This document shows, piece after piece, positions 42,841 to 60,420 of a DNA stretch of 64,000 nt. Location: positions 210,118,001 through 210,182,000 of the forward strand of contig OX597814.1 in the NCBI GenBank assembly GCA_951406725.2, given 5' to 3'. The DNA comes from Octopus vulgaris. Taxonomy: Eukaryota. Within the stretch, counting starts at the first letter, position 1. The number at the start of each line of letters is the position of its first letter. The notes under the pieces were generated by a model. The model searched no databases. It saw only the letters and a program-made list of their open reading frames with translations, and was not told the origin of the DNA. Position numbers and translations under genes: made by a program.

Positions 42841-42995
42841 CGAGAGAGAGAGAGATAGAGATTGTTTGTCTTTATGTTCAGTTATGATGAAAACCATTTT
42901 ACATTAATTTGATGGACTGTTCTACACTCTATACAAATTTGTTATTCTTAAGCAAGAATGTTGTAGAGAGTGATTTTAAAGTTTCGGACTGCATA

Positions 42996-43114
<119 letters not shown>

Positions 43115-44169
43115 CTATCTCTATCATATGAAGTATGTATACATACATTTCTATATATATATATATATATATATATGTTTTTGCGCGTACACAGTTATCA
43201 GCAAATGATTTTGTAAATGGTGTAGTAGCAGTATAGAGTTTTATAGACTTCGGTGAGGTGAAAACTAGGGAAAGCTCAATTATAATCTGTGTGTGTAAAA
43301 TCTAATCACTTGCTAGTCATCTACATCCACCACCAAACATTAACACTTGAAATCAGAGGAAGCTAAAATCGTATTAATAATACATATGAATATTTCGTAG
43401 TTTTAGCAACATTTCTTCATGCCAATATTCAGCAAATGGTTAAATGAAGTAGAAAAAATTAAACATCAGAGAGATATTTAAATATATAAAACTATCATAA
43501 AAGGTATGACGCATGAAAATGAATTAAGCTACATATATTAGAATAAATATAAATATATATGAATACAGATTTTTATAAAAATAGACACATATCCTGTCCC
43601 TGAACATGCATCCAGCCTCAATATACATATAAAATTATATGTATGCAATTCAACTTCATCCCAGGATTATAGGGGAATATTAAAGGAGCGTTATGGCTCT
43701 TATACACTCAGCGGTATTCAAGAGAAATAAACTGATGGAAAGCTACAAGGACTAGTCAAAAATTCGAGAAAGATCATACTCACACACGTTGTATAAAATA
43801 TAAGCTCTTGAGGAAATTATACGTTTACAATGATGTACTAACAATTTTTGTGAGAAAGGAAACTATAACAATTATGTAAAATTATTCTGAAATTTAATTT
43901 TCTGTATATTCTTGAGTGTTTGGTTACTATAAACCCTCTTTTAAATTTATTTAGTGTTTGTTTTATACATTTCCATTAGATGTAATTTCATAAAGCTAGT
44001 GCGGCCGAATTCATCAAAACCCAGCAACGCTTCCGTAATATTCGAATATATAAGTGATTTTTTAAGTACCCATTTCTACTAGAAACAAAGGCCCATGTTC
44101 AAGGTAAGGGTATACAAGGGTTGAACAAAATAATGGAAACACCTTAAAATTTAAAACAAGTTGATTTTA

Positions 44170-45480
44170 ATATGGTGTAGGACCGCTTTTGGCAGTAATT
44201 ACAGCTTAGATTCTACGAGGTACGGACTCGTACAAAGTTTGAATTGTTTCCAAAGGAAATTTTTGTCCGTTCTCCAGCTAAAACAGTCGCCATTTCTTGT
44301 AGTGATGATGATGGAGGATATCGACTCCTTAGTTGATTTTCTAAAATGTACCATAAATGTTCAATAATATTGAGATCTGGTGACTGTAGTAGCCGGATAA
44401 GATGTGCAACTTCACAAGAATGTTTCTTGTGCCATTCAGTAACTACGTTAGCTGTGTGAATTGGAGCATTATCATCCTGAAAGATTGCATTTCCCTCCGG
44501 AAACAGTTCTGCAAATATAGGATGAATCAGATAAAATGCTTAAACCATCTTGACTATTAATTCTGCCATGGAGGGAAACCTTTGGACCGGTGGATGTCCA
44601 TGGTATAGCCCCAAGATGATCACAGATCCTCTTCCATTTTTAATAGTTGGAAGAAGGTTGTCTGGGTCAAAATAATTCTTTTAGCTGTCTCCACACGTAT
44701 ACTTGGCCGGTGGTCGGAAATAAGGTAAGGATGACTCGTCCGAGAAAATAACTTTCTTCCACTGCTCGATGGACCAATTCGGTAGGATTTTACTCCACTG
44801 TAAATGCTTTGCAACTTTTATTTTTGAAAGTAGTGGTTTTCTGATTGCAGCCTCTCCGTGAAATCCGGCTTTGTGTAGCTCCCGGAGAACAGTTTTTGTG
44901 AAAACTGGATTCTCGAGGTGGTCATTATTCTCTGCAGTAATTTGGGAGCTGATCCGTTCTAACAATTCGCGTAACAGTATGAAAGTTTCAGTTTTCTTCT
45001 GTAGTTTTGTTTCGTCGAGGGGGTTTCCCCTTTTTCTCAAAGGCTGTCATTACTTTCGAGACAGTACTTCTTGGTACACCAAACATTTCGGCCGCTTTTG
45101 TTACGCTAGTGCCTGCCATACGAGCACCAACAATTCGACCTCTTTGAAAGTCCATTAGAGCGTGGAGGCACATGGCCTAGTGGTTAGATCAGTGGTCGAG
45201 GGATCGCGGGTTCAAATCTCAGACTGGGTGATGTGTGTGTTTATTAGCGAAACACCTAAGCTCCACTCGGCTCCGGCATAAGGTAATGGCAAACTTCTGC
45301 TGACTCTTTCGCTACAACTTTCTCTCGCTCTTTTCTCCTGCATCTTGCAGCTCACCTGCGACGGACCGGCGTCCCGTCCAGGTGGAGAACTTATACGCCA
45401 AAGAAACCGAGAAACAGGCCCTTATGAACCAGGCGTGGCTCGAAAAGGAACAAATAATAAAGTCCGTTAGATCTGTAATT
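44170..45480 (-). pseudogene. Frameshifted Tc1-like transposase
   Basis: Fragments DLTDFQRGRIVGARMAG...VSKV, TVLRELHKAGFHG.AA.RKPLL, WKKVIFSDES, FQDDNAPIH and SPDLNIIEHLW, in different frames; probable start codon reads ATT. Ends approximate. Confidence 0.9.
45161..45458 (+). mobile_element. SINE family B nested in the Tc1 transposase 5' end
   Basis: 13-bp TSD aaagtccattaga (45147-45159) / aaagtccgttaga (45459-45471). Confidence 0.92.
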
Positions 45481-46406
45481 TTAATGAATTTTAATTACCT
45501 CTTTCTGGTGGAATCAGAAAAGAAACGGCAATTTTAGCAAAATATATTAAGCAACACCTATAATTAATAAAAAAAAACATAAAAATAAATAAGCTTTTGA
45601 TAGTTTTATAGATATTTCAAAATTATGATACTATGATGCTAGGTGTTTCCATTATTTTGTCCAACCCTTGTATATGTAAAATAGGATCCATCTCAGTCTG
45701 TCAAAATCACACTACAAATTAGATTAACAGCTAGATTGAAATATAAATGGCAAAATAAATAGTTATTATTTTAATTATTGTATGAGAAACCCTAAATAAT
45801 ATGCGATTATTTACTGAATAAATAACAGTTTACATCGACTATGAAGGTGTGAAAACTTTCTATTAATATTATATTATGACTTCATCAGATTGTGTAAAAG
45901 TCTACAATATCTAGTTGAGAAAATATTGATCCGTTCAACATTCGAAAATACGAGTCATCGCTTTACTGGTAATAATAAAATATCTTCAACTGCAGAAACA
46001 TCAATATTTATTCATTAAACAATTTCAAAATGTTTTATATTTAATATTACATAGATTATATTTGAAAGCCATCAATATACATCGTCGTAATTCAAAGAAA
46101 ATGATTACATTTTCATTATGATTTCATTAGGTTTAACATTGCAGTTTAAACTTTTATAAACATCAAGCAAACAAAATTTGAATGGGGTATAAAAGGAAAA
46201 TAAAATTTGTGTGTTCAATAAACATATGGATACCGTGTCTGTCTAAGTTGTTAACTTCTCGTTTCATAAATTGCAATAAAATTGATAATTAGATTCTTAT
46301 GAAGAATTTCAAATACAGCAATACATATCTAGATAACAGGAACACATCCACGCACATTATACAAACACAGTTACATACACACTAACATACATACGTGCAT
46401 GCATAA

Positions 46407-46499
<93 letters not shown>

Positions 46500-46949
46500 G
46501 TGGCTGCAAGGGTAGATTTGCTTATTTGAATGTATAACGTTTATTTAACATAGTAAAACTATAGTATGCTTACACGCTCCGTTAATAAATATATCGCTTA
46601 AAGGATCTAAGAGCGTAGTGCCTAGAACCGTGTCTGTGTTTATACAATACCTTGCAAATATTCAAGCATCCATATTTATTGTACTATTTCACTAGAATGT
46701 TCTAAAAATACGCTTCCTTAAATGTCTCAGTTGTTATTTGTTGTGGATATATAGGGACGTGCTTCTTCTTCTTCTTACCTATGTAGGCCCTGCACTTATT
46801 TTCGAAAACTGCTACGTATTTTGCAATTAAAGAACAGCTGCTAACGAGGTGACTACTGTATTAACTAAGTATATTGAGATATGTTTTGTTATATATTTCA
46901 TTTTTCTTTTTGTGCTATAATTGCAATATATTTTGCCTATGATTTTCAT

Positions 46950-47368
46950 ATTTGACTTTTACTTTACATTTGTACAAGTTGGCTCCAAGTCTCACCCAGA
47001 GACCTCAAGAGACAACAGGCTGGAAGCTCATGTTGTTGTTATACCTAGTGTGCCATATATTTGGTTTTGTATTTAATGTTGTACTAGTGAATATCAAAAA
47101 AAAAAACCATACGAAAATTATGTTTGTTTTAAAACTTGAGATTACATAGAAAGTATTTTGCGTAGGATATGAGCAGTTCCCATGAGCACTATCTTTTGAA
47201 TTTCTGCCATTTTGGGGTTTCCTGGTATCTGAGTTAGGTAACAATCAGCTCCTTTTGCTATCATTCCCAGGGCACCTACGACAACAGGTATTGTTTTAGT
47301 CTTCAGGTTCCACATTTTGCTGATTTCTATTTCAAGATCTTTATATTTGCTCAGTTTTTGGTAGGTCT
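46950..47368 (-). mobile_element. R4/Dong-like LINE 3' fragment (RLE C-terminus plus 3' UTR)
   Basis: KLSKYKDLEIEISKMWNLKTKTIPVVVGALG...IQKIVLMGTAHILRKILSM*; the truncated 5' end abuts (TAA)n. Confidence 0.85.
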
Positions 47369-47375
47369 TATTATT

Positions 47376-47455
<80 letters not shown>
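47369..47455. repeat. (TTA)n microsatellite
   Basis: Seen directly. Confidence 0.99.
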
Positions 47456-47459
<4 letters not shown>

Positions 47460-47990
47460 TGAGAGAGCAGTGCATGCCATCAAAGTGACACTGGGGTAAA
47501 ATATACGAAACCCAGTATACCCATCATGACTACCCATCTGATAAGCGTACACTAGGCACATGCAACGCAACCATATGTGCGCGATATGGTGATCTCATAT
47601 CAAGATAACCAGCAATTGACCTTGCAGGTGGGACCCAGTTAGAATTTTCTTCTGGTCGAGTAACCCATCCCGCTCAAAAGGTCCCTGAATAAGGAGCGTT
47701 TAAGGATGTTGAACGAAACACCCATGTTCCCAGAGCTGAATTATCCAAACCACAAAGAATTCCTCATAAAACACATGGTTATGATGCTCCGCCACTACTT
47801 CAAACTCATGTTTAGATATGCATATTGCGTCAGCCACCAAGAGTCAAGCTCAGCTGGTTAAGGTCAAGCAACTGAGCAGAATATTTGCTGTGGCCCATCT
47901 TTTATATCAAGACAAATCCTCTACACGATAACACTTTCAATCAGTTAAGATCAAAAGCCTTGAGAGCCACTGCCTGGTATAGCATTTATT
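47456..47990. repeat. Unclassified interspersed-repeat-like segment next to (TTA)n
   Basis: GC-richer 530-bp block bounded by trinucleotide repeats; single copy in this window, family not identified. Confidence 0.35.
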
Positions 47991-48204
47991 ATTATCGTCA
48001 TGATCAAGATCATGATCATCATCACCATCTTTATTATTATTATTGTTATTACTATATTTATCGTACATCACATCGACAGAGCTTGAAATAACCCCTCCCC
48101 CCAACAAATTGTTATTTCCAGTTGATATCTTTATGCTGTAACCGGCATAATAAAATAGGAGCTTTTTATGCATAATCAAACTGTTTCTGGTAAACAAACT
48201 AAAA

Positions 48205-48278
<74 letters not shown>

Positions 48279-49579
48279 GCCTGAATATTTGTGCATATAT
48301 TTTATCTAAACATATACTTGGGTAGTAACCACATTGATATACTCGATAAATTTTGAATGTTATAATACTGAAATTCACCAAGCATAGATCTATTGGAACC
48401 GTTATATGTAACACGTACATATACGTACATATAGAAATGTTCGTGCAGTAACACACCAAAGAAATAAGCATCAACATGCATAAATAGTATACCGCATCAT
48501 TCTCTCCGAAATCAAAGGAATTTGTGCAAAGCCAAACTAATCCAATATGCAAATCTAGTGACAGTCCGTGTATCTAATGCAGTTTCCCTATTACATAATT
48601 AATTTAACGTAAAACGGAGCTACATATGGGAATGGCATGAAAGGCATACGTTCCTAATTTTGCATTGCCCCTCTTTTGTATAGGATTCCACTCTGTTCAA
48701 AATCACTCAATATTTGAATATATAAAGGCGCGCTCCAAGGAATTGAAGAAATCCGCTGGGAACCTCTTAACATTGCAATGTTTTCAATTATTGCTATGAA
48801 CAATGGAAAGTTTAATTAAACCTTCTTTTACTCAACTTACCTACTTCACACCTACTTTACATTACTCACGTTATGAAATGTCACGGGAAATAAATGGCAA
48901 TGATAGAATACTAAATCGTATCGTGTATATATTCCAAAGATTTTTGCTTATGTAAGATATTAATATAGAAGTAATTTAGAAATTAGTTATGTTCTGATAT
49001 AACGAATCTGTAGTTGAGGTTTTGATTTCGTGCTTATGATTGAAATACATTCATGACAACTATGCTGATATGGCTCTCGAAAATAACAGCACTATGGCTT
49101 ATTACATTAACTAATATAAGAATTGTTAATGGTAAGAACCAATATATTACTACTGCATCATATCTGTGACATTTAGACCGTATGCAAATGCGGCATTTAA
49201 TGTGTGCGCAAATATTTTTAGCTATATAGAAAATAATTGCCCAGAGGTTTCTCATACGATGTAATAGACGAAGTAGAATTCATTTGCGAACTAAAAAAAT
49301 ATATGAGAATTTGATGATTAAGAGAATATCATTCTCATTAATTAACTTAACCGAAAATTATCACTGCAGCTAAACTTATTTGACGAATTATTTCAAAACT
49401 AATGACGTCAGCAGAAGCTACTTAAAAATATTAATTTTAAATATGTTGTCAGGAATCAACACCACTATGAGTTATGAAACATCCTACATTTATCATGCTC
49501 TGATATGTGTAAGTGCGCGCACACAAACACACATATATATATGTATATTCATATCGCCATCTCTCTCTCTCTCTCTCTC

Positions 49580-49621
<42 letters not shown>

Positions 49622-51010
49622 CTATCATAACGGCTGATATTAAACTTGTAATGCATGAAAATTGTGCAAAATTAATGCAGAAATAATTGTAGTATGATGG
49701 AAATTTTATCAAACATTGTGAAGTCTACATCTAGGTTCAGGAAAAATTGTTAGTATTAGCAAATCGATTCAGAAAAAAAATGGGTGGAAGAGTATAATGC
49801 CGATATTGTTATCCTAGAGTACTCATTAAGGTCCATTTACATTCTAAGAATAACTTCTGTCCATGTCGATTTTGACTTTTATCATTCCAGAGTCGATAAT
49901 GTAATGGCTCCTTGAGTGACCGAATCAACTTTATCGCCTTTGTAATTCACCGGTGTCCTATTGAATTTATGGCTACAATGAATCCATGTATTTCTAAATC
50001 AATGTATAGCCACAGCTACTGGAGATGCTGTTCCATTAGCAACTGTTGTTATTTAGTCAGTTCTGATCGAGAAAACCTATGATCAAATATGTTATAGCCG
50101 TTACCATCTCATTTTATTTTCAGACAATGTAACAAGTACGATAATATAAAATGATTCGGTTCTTTTGTTTTTGAGGTGCTTGGTGCTTTGAGAAAAAGTT
50201 GACTGGTATTAACTGTTGATATAGCATTAACATACAATTTCATTTGTTGCCTCAGTCTAACAACCTTTGTTTGCACTTTGATATTAGTTTTAATAGTTTG
50301 AATACTGATGTGCTTCTGACGATGCCTTTTCTGTAGCTATGTTAAAAATAGATTCGATATTAACGAATTGTTCAATTTATACTTTGACATTTATTCGGTC
50401 GAATGCAGCAGCTATCTATCTGTCAAACATCATATGTTTACTGGAGGGGTAATTTCTTTGAATTCAATGTCACTGGTGATCGTTGGGAATTAATGAAATC
50501 TCATTTACCCGTAAAAGATTGTGTTGTCTAATTCCATTATTGTTTCAATCTTAAACTCCCTATTGAGGTTTGAGTACAGTGGATTCTGGACACATTATAT
50601 TCTACTATAAAACTGAAACCTACTACTAGAAATATTGTAAACGCATTTTTCTACGGTCGTTTAGTACAATATCGTGGACACCGATTTTAAAAGCGGTTGA
50701 ACGAAGATGGATAGAAAACCGTGCACTAAATATCCTAAGATGCTGACTACTGGAACAATGACTCCACAATCTTTTATAAAAATATCTGAAATCCTTAAAC
50801 ATATATTTTTTCCCTTTCAATATTTATATTACTTTTCCTAATATTTTATATAACCTCTTTAAGTCATCTGTTATTAATTCAATATACAGACTTAACCTCG
50901 TATACTTTAACAGGGGTATAAAAATCAAGTATATTGCTTTTTTACGACTTCATATAGCTTTATTTTTCAGTTGAGGTAAGCACAACACTTTGATGGTTAT
51001 CTGAAAGAGA

Positions 51011-51048
<38 letters not shown>

Positions 51049-52643
51049 AGCTGCACATATATTACTAACGAAATACCAAAATCCTTATAACTTATTAGTT
51101 TGCTTGTCTCCATTGAGGATTCAAAACGTTAGCCATATGTATTATAGGAGATATTTTACATTTGTTAAGAAAGCAAATTTTATACCGTTCGTTATTTCGT
51201 TGTTCCTAAAATGGAGTGCATTATTGCAAAAGTTGAATCCAAAAGAGTAGAATCCCGTGTTAGAGAGGTATAATACACACTGGTTCTGAATAGTTGTTGC
51301 GGGAAACTATGCAAGGTTCACGTAAGGACTACATATAAACCTTTCTTATTTTAAACAACTTAGCTGCTAAGCAAACGTGTCGTAGATGGCAGAGAAATAG
51401 TAGCCATTTCCCTAATTATCAAGAACTCCCTCAAAACATGATATGGTTATGCAACTGTCTTTTCTACTTTTATTACAACTTCTACTCTTCCGAAGGAAGA
51501 CGGGATATAGCATTTTTACCCAAGACTAACCAACTGACCCGTATCTCTTCCTCGTGCCATACGATGTGTCTTATCCAACTGTATCGAGCCGTACATGCAT
51601 TACTGCAGTAAATTGCAAATTCGTGGAATATTCTTTTAACCTCATTTTGAGAGTTGACAGCCTGAACTAGTCTGTCTTTCAGAACCTGTAATAATTTTGG
51701 GCCTCTCTTCTCTACAAACTACTAAATATATACTTCTTTAACTTTCAAATACGAATATTATTTTGTGAAGTTGTGTGAATCAGTGTCTGTACAACATATT
51801 CTGAATTTCAAAATTTCAGTTCAATAGTTCACTTGAATACACATGTATTCTCAGTATTTGACAACTTTTGACAACCTCTACTACTATATGTCATCTCTTA
51901 TTCTGAGAGAAATTGGATCGATCTTATATTAAATGGACGAAAAATGTCAGAATATATGACATAGTCTCGGAAACAAAGATGAAATAGATAATGTTCCTGC
52001 AGCCGTATATTTCTTGCAGTGGAGTTAGGCCAGTCAAAGAAAAGAGTCAGCATATACGTTCTCGTATATCAAGCTCAATAATTTATAGCATTAAGTTCAG
52101 TTTCAAATAGCATCCATGTTATATTTCCTAACCCGCTAATCAATAGCATATAAGTACCAGCGAGATTCTGTGATTAGGCTGCTGCTTCCTTTCAGAGAAA
52201 AATGCTCACACTGTTATGATGCAAGTGAAAATTAGAACTAAAGCGTAATCATGAATCAACCTGCCCCAAATCGTATTTTATCGCGGGGAGATATGGAAAC
52301 AATAATTACTTTCACAGCACGCCTACGAACAGCGGTAAGCCATTTAAACAAATGGAATCTACAACAATATAGAACTCTATGGACACAGTGCAATGTCAAA
52401 GAATGGTTGCAATGGACAAAATGTGGTTTGTTGCCTGTTTCTCGTTTGCTGTAGGCTATTTACCGCATTGACGTTCATAGATGCAATTCACAAATTTCAT
52501 TTATTACTTATCGGCCGTTTCAATCGAAGTGCACACCATTGAATACAAATAGGAATTTTTTAAAAAAAGAGTTAGAATCAAAGAGATGTCACCCTGTTGC
52601 CTGAAAGATTATCACTCCGAAGAATTACACACACATATAAATG

Positions 52644-52719
<76 letters not shown>

Positions 52720-52741
52720 AATCAATCTATATGTCTGTCTG

Positions 52742-52809
<68 letters not shown>

Positions 52810-52810
52810 C
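52644..52810. repeat. (TCTA)n microsatellite
   Basis: Seen directly. Confidence 0.99.
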
Positions 52811-53224
52811 ATATCTATACGTTCATAAGTATAGTAACATGTCTGCGTATATCTCATTGTTTGAAGTATCTGAGCGTTACTATGAATATCAAAATGATTT
52901 TACTGTAGTGAACTTTGAACAATACATTTAATTGCATCTAAAGTGATGCAGCAACATCAACAAAATACTTCATTGGAGCTGCTTAAATATTAATGCGGTT
53001 GATGAATTTCTGAGAAAGATAGATTTAGTATGTAATCCTCAGCAGTGTTTCTTCTGGTGATTTGAAACTATACTTTTTTTCATTCAGGAATTGTTCTTTG
53101 CAAATATATTCGACAGAATGTGCATACGCACGCGCGTTTACCCACACCCTTTTTAAGGTCATCCGTCACTGGCAAGTGAGTATAACTTGATACCTTGTAC
53201 CATGCTCTCCTTCATTGTTTTAAA

Positions 53225-53447
53225 ACTGGCAGAAACGTTAGCACGCCGGGCGAAATGCGTAGTCGTATTTCGCCTGCCGTTACGTTCTGGGTTCAAATTC
53301 CGCCGAGGTCGACTTTGCCTTTCATCCTTTCGGAGTCGATAAATTAAGTACCAGTTACGCACTGGAGTCGATGTAATCGACTTAATCCGTCTGTCTGTCC
53401 TTGTTTGTCCACTCTGGGTTTAGCCCATTGTGGGTAGTAAAGAAATA
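53225..53447 (+). mobile_element. SINE family C monomer
   Basis: Same head, core and tail as the other C copies; the core resembles the Deu/Nin-type SINE domain as I recall it. Confidence 0.85.
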
Positions 53448-54996
53448 TATATAGTAAATGGCAGACAGACAATCATCCTTGGCTACAAATTTTAGCTTTC
53501 ATATCCAAGAGATAATTGGGAATATGCAAGTAGGAAGATAAGAGCTTTGTATCAGCAACAGACTGTACTCATCTTCATATGAGTAGATCGGAGCAATGTG
53601 TAATGAGGAGACCTACCTATGGACAAACCCGTCGTCCAATTCAAAAAAACAAACCCATAAAGTTAGGGTCAGGAACTTAACACTCAGACCATAAGATCCC
53701 AAGACTTCATATAACACCCACATAATCACACACCTGCACAACCCACATCCACCCACACAGACCGAAGAGTTAAATTACGAGTATGAAAATATATCAAAAG
53801 AAGTTGTAAAGTATATGAGGGCAAAAAAAAGCACACACACACACACACATATTTTATCATACCCACAAACAGTAAAGTATTGCTCACACAGCTTCGGTCT
53901 ATTACGTTCAATGACAAGCTAGTACTGGGTTATAGTGGAATACAGCGGCCCGATCTGTGGCGTGTGCGAGACTTAACTACATGGTTGCGACGCAAACATT
54001 TTAACGATACAATTAGAACTCTGTATACGCACACACACACACACACACACATGCACACACGCATACACACACACACATACTCACACACACACGAACCAAA
54101 GTGAACCACGGAAAATATCTCAGAGTAGTCAGTAGCATGCATATGAGTAACAAAGTCAAATACAGGCATATCAAGTACCATACGCCATAAATTCTTGATT
54201 TATTTAAATTATCTCAGCCTCATATGAGGAAGTGAGATGATCTCAGAAGTCAGGGGCTCTCCAGAGTTGACATGCCATAAAGGAAAAAGCCAAACACATT
54301 CTCTACAGATAAGAAGTCAAAGGTGAAAAGTTTTTGACTCGCCAGACGTCATCTACACGACAGATTTTTTCTATTCCCTCTCCAGTAGTAAAGAAATACT
54401 GACATAACAAAAATGGGTGCAGCACATTTATGTGCTAGGCAATTTATGTAAACCAAACAAAATAAGCTCAGAGAAAAAGAGAAATAACACAGTATAGACA
54501 GTATATGAGCAACATATACAAATAAAATCTAACTAGTTATATATTTGTTTCTTCTATTGTCACAGGCATAACTCTTTGGTAAAAAAAAATTTGCTGCTCG
54601 AGCACATGATTCCTGGTTTACTCCCGCTGAATGGATTTGGCCATTCGAAACTCAAAGAAACCTGTTGTCTGTGTATACACACACACACACACAAACACAC
54701 GTGCGCATACAAACACATGCGTATATGTATGAATGCATATATATATATATCCATATCTATCTATCTATATATATATATTTCTTTATTGCCCACAAGGAGC
54801 TAAACACAGAGGGGGACAAACAAGGACAGACAAGTCTCTCTCTCTATATATATATATATACATACACACATACATATACACACACATATATATATATATA
54901 TTTATATACGTGCGTGTGAGTGTGTGCATGCATGTATATTTATACGTGTGCGTGCGTATGTGTATGTGTATATATATATAAATACATGTGTCAGTG

Positions 54997-55199
<203 letters not shown>

Positions 55200-55571
55200 G
55201 TAAACAGAGAGAAGGAAGAGAAAAAAATGATAAAATGAAATGCAGACTATCACACACACACACATACACAGATTCAGAAAGCAGCAGACAAAAACGGTGG
55301 GTGAGACGTAATATATTGATGATGCATCGTTTAGCAAATTCATCCAGACGCTGTCAAATAGTAGTTGCAGGCCCGAAGGCTATATATATATGGAACTTTC
55401 ATTAGAAGAAACTCAGCAATGATGCTAAAGCTCTCGATATCATTTATCTGGTGTGATATATAATTCGTTACGAATTTGTGAATAAACGATTTTATTCTCT
55501 ATTTTCCCCAAATCACAGTTCAGAAACAACGGTAAATTATTGAAAATTGTTCTCTTTATATGAAGCTACTA

Positions 55572-55629
<58 letters not shown>

Positions 55630-55677
55630 GTGTGCGTGAGTGTATATATATGCATACACTCACTCGCATACACATAT

Positions 55678-55911
55678 CTTTTATCATTTCTCTTCAACTT
55701 GTTTCAGTCATCCGACTTCGGCCAAGCTGGGGCAACACTTTGAAAAATGTTTAATTTAATGATTCGACCTAACTATTCAATTTTTTACTGCTTCGTACTT
55801 ATTCTGTCGAATTCTTTTGCCAAACCACTATGTTACAAGGATATTAGAACACCAGCACCAGTTGTCAAGTGGTTGTAGGGGGAAAAGTTAGACTCAAAGA
55901 TTTCCCTACCC

Positions 55912-55978
<67 letters not shown>

Positions 55979-55990
55979 ATGGACTTCTTT
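55678..55990 (-). mobile_element. SINE family A, diverged partial copy
   Basis: cttgtttcagtcat...cttttgccaaacc...accagcaccagttgtcaag followed by (TA)n. Confidence 0.6.
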
Positions 55991-56309
55991 ATTTATTAAG
56001 ATTATCTTCGCCTCTAGACGATGTATCACAATTGCCAAGTGACAATGAAGACCAGCTCCACTTCAGAAGCGAGATAGTCTCAAGAATCGTGAATTCTGCA
56101 GAACCGAATTGCCATTACAGTAAAGGACAGGTTTTTTGTCCGGATATTCGAGGAAATTCATGGTTACCTGTATCTGGCAAAGCAGGACAGTTGGCCAACT
56201 TTGTCTCCAGTAAATAAAGGATGTAGACTTATACAAAATGAATAAAAATGCATTTATGACCTAGTTAATTTGCATAATATACACAAAAATCTTCAAAGAG
56301 CAATAGCTC

Positions 56310-56827
<518 letters not shown>

Positions 56828-56875
56828 ATATGTGCACACTTGACAATTTCTTGTATGTAATTTATTCATATATTA

Positions 56876-57091
56876 TTTTACTCTTTTACTTGTTTCGGTC
56901 ATTTGACTGCGGCCATGCTGGAGCACCGCCTTTTAGTCCAGCAACTCGACCCCGGGACTTATTCTTTTGTAAGCCCAGTACTTATTCTATCGGTCTGTTT
57001 TGCCGAACCGCTAAGTAATGGGGACATAAACACACCAGCATCGGTTGTCAAGCAATGCTAGGGGACAAACACAGACACACAAACACACACA

Positions 57092-57133
<42 letters not shown>

Positions 57134-57297
57134 TACGACGGGCTTCTTTCAGTTTCCGTCTACCAAATCCACTCACAAGGCTTTGGTCGGCCCGAAGCGC
57201 TATAGCAGAAGACACTTGCCCAAGGTGCCACGCAGTGGGGCTGAACCCGGAACCGTGTGGTTGGTAGGCAAGTTACTTACCACACAACCACTCCTGC
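56876..57297 (-). mobile_element. SINE family A
   Basis: Full-length reverse copy about 50 bp from the preceding plus-strand copy. Confidence 0.9.
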
Positions 57298-58696
57298 ATA
57301 TGTATATGTCTCTTTCAGATAACCATCAAATTATTGTGGTTACTTCAGCAAATAACTAAAAGTTAGTCTACTTACAATTTCTACAATTTCTACTATACTA
57401 TATTAAGTATAGTGGAGCATTTCCAAATTTGCTTAGTATAACCTTTGTAAAATAATTTATTCGTGTTCTTATTAAACTGCAAATATCTGAAAAATATCGA
57501 CTTTTGTACAGTTTCAAGTTATGTTTTTCATACAGTTGGAATGTTTGATGTTCTATTTTGCTTGCACTAAAAATACTTCTTTGAAATGCATCATGACTCA
57601 ACATGCTTCTTACAGATATTCTTTATAAAAATATATACATCAGCCATCAATCTTTTTTGATCTTAACAGTCGTAACTCATTAGCAAATAAATGCTCTTTG
57701 AGAAGAAGAAAAAAAGCTGCCAAGAGAAGAACGCTGAATATAATCTAATGCTATCGATCCATAAAAACATAAATATCCTCATACGACAATTGCCAACGAT
57801 AATAAACTTTCTGTTATTTTCTATTCTTTTGTTTCAATCATTGGACTGCGGCCATACTGGGGTACCGCCTTGACGAGCTTATTCACTCAAATCAACTCCA
57901 AAAGTATTTTTAAGTCTGACATTTAATCTAACGGTTTTGCTTATTATTTGACATAGTAACTTAGCTTAAATATAAGGTGATAAACTACTTATTTGCAATA
58001 ATCACAGCAACAACGACAATAGCAATAACAATGACAAAATGAACTGCTAAATGTGAATAAGTCAATAAACAAAACCGAATATGTATACTATGTATGCTTA
58101 CAGTATTCTCTTATAGTCGGTGTGCGGTGCGGTAAGTAGTCACCCATATTAAACTAGTCCCCAGAACGAAACTATTCTAGTCTGATATTAAGTGCATGAA
58201 CATTCGCCATGGTGTAGAGACCGTATTGAATGTATTAAAGGGCCTTTGAAAAACCTCAGTAAAAGAAAAAGGATGATAGTTATAATGTGGCTGAGAAGCA
58301 CTGTTTTAGTCAAAAGACGCACAAGGAAAAAGAAAATGTAAAATTTTGTGTGTCAAGTGCTTTTATCTTTTTTTTTTGTCGGTAATATCCTCTTACAATA
58401 ACTATTTTAATCTGCAAAAATTCTCATTAGCAGAATGAGAACAAGAATACATCGAGTTGAGCGATAGAGTTATATAGATAGCAACAGAAGTAGGTAAGGC
58501 TAAGATTGATTAGTATGGTACAAAGGCATTTTTCAATGGATTCATCTTCGAGAATTACTTTTGTAGTCAGCAGTATCATGGCTTGTTTTAACATCAAAGA
58601 CAGATTAGTTATTGGTATTAGTCAGCTGAGAATTGACATTCAAGACGAATGGAAGCAAAGGAAAGTGCAAAATATGAAAAAAAAGATAGTAAATTG

Positions 58697-60420
<1,724 letters not shown>

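Larger units (their letters stand above)
44115..45670 (-). mobile_element. Tc1/mariner-superfamily DNA transposon, DD36E type, full length, interrupted by a SINE
   Basis: 30-bp TIRs (44115-44144 caagggttgaacaaaataatggaaacacct; 45641-45670 inverted copy, 1 mismatch), TA dinucleotide on both flanks, transposase motifs on the minus strand. Confidence 0.95.

Noticed and set aside
45845-45892. CUGAUGA...GAAA on the minus strand
   Set aside because: No convincing stems I, II or III.
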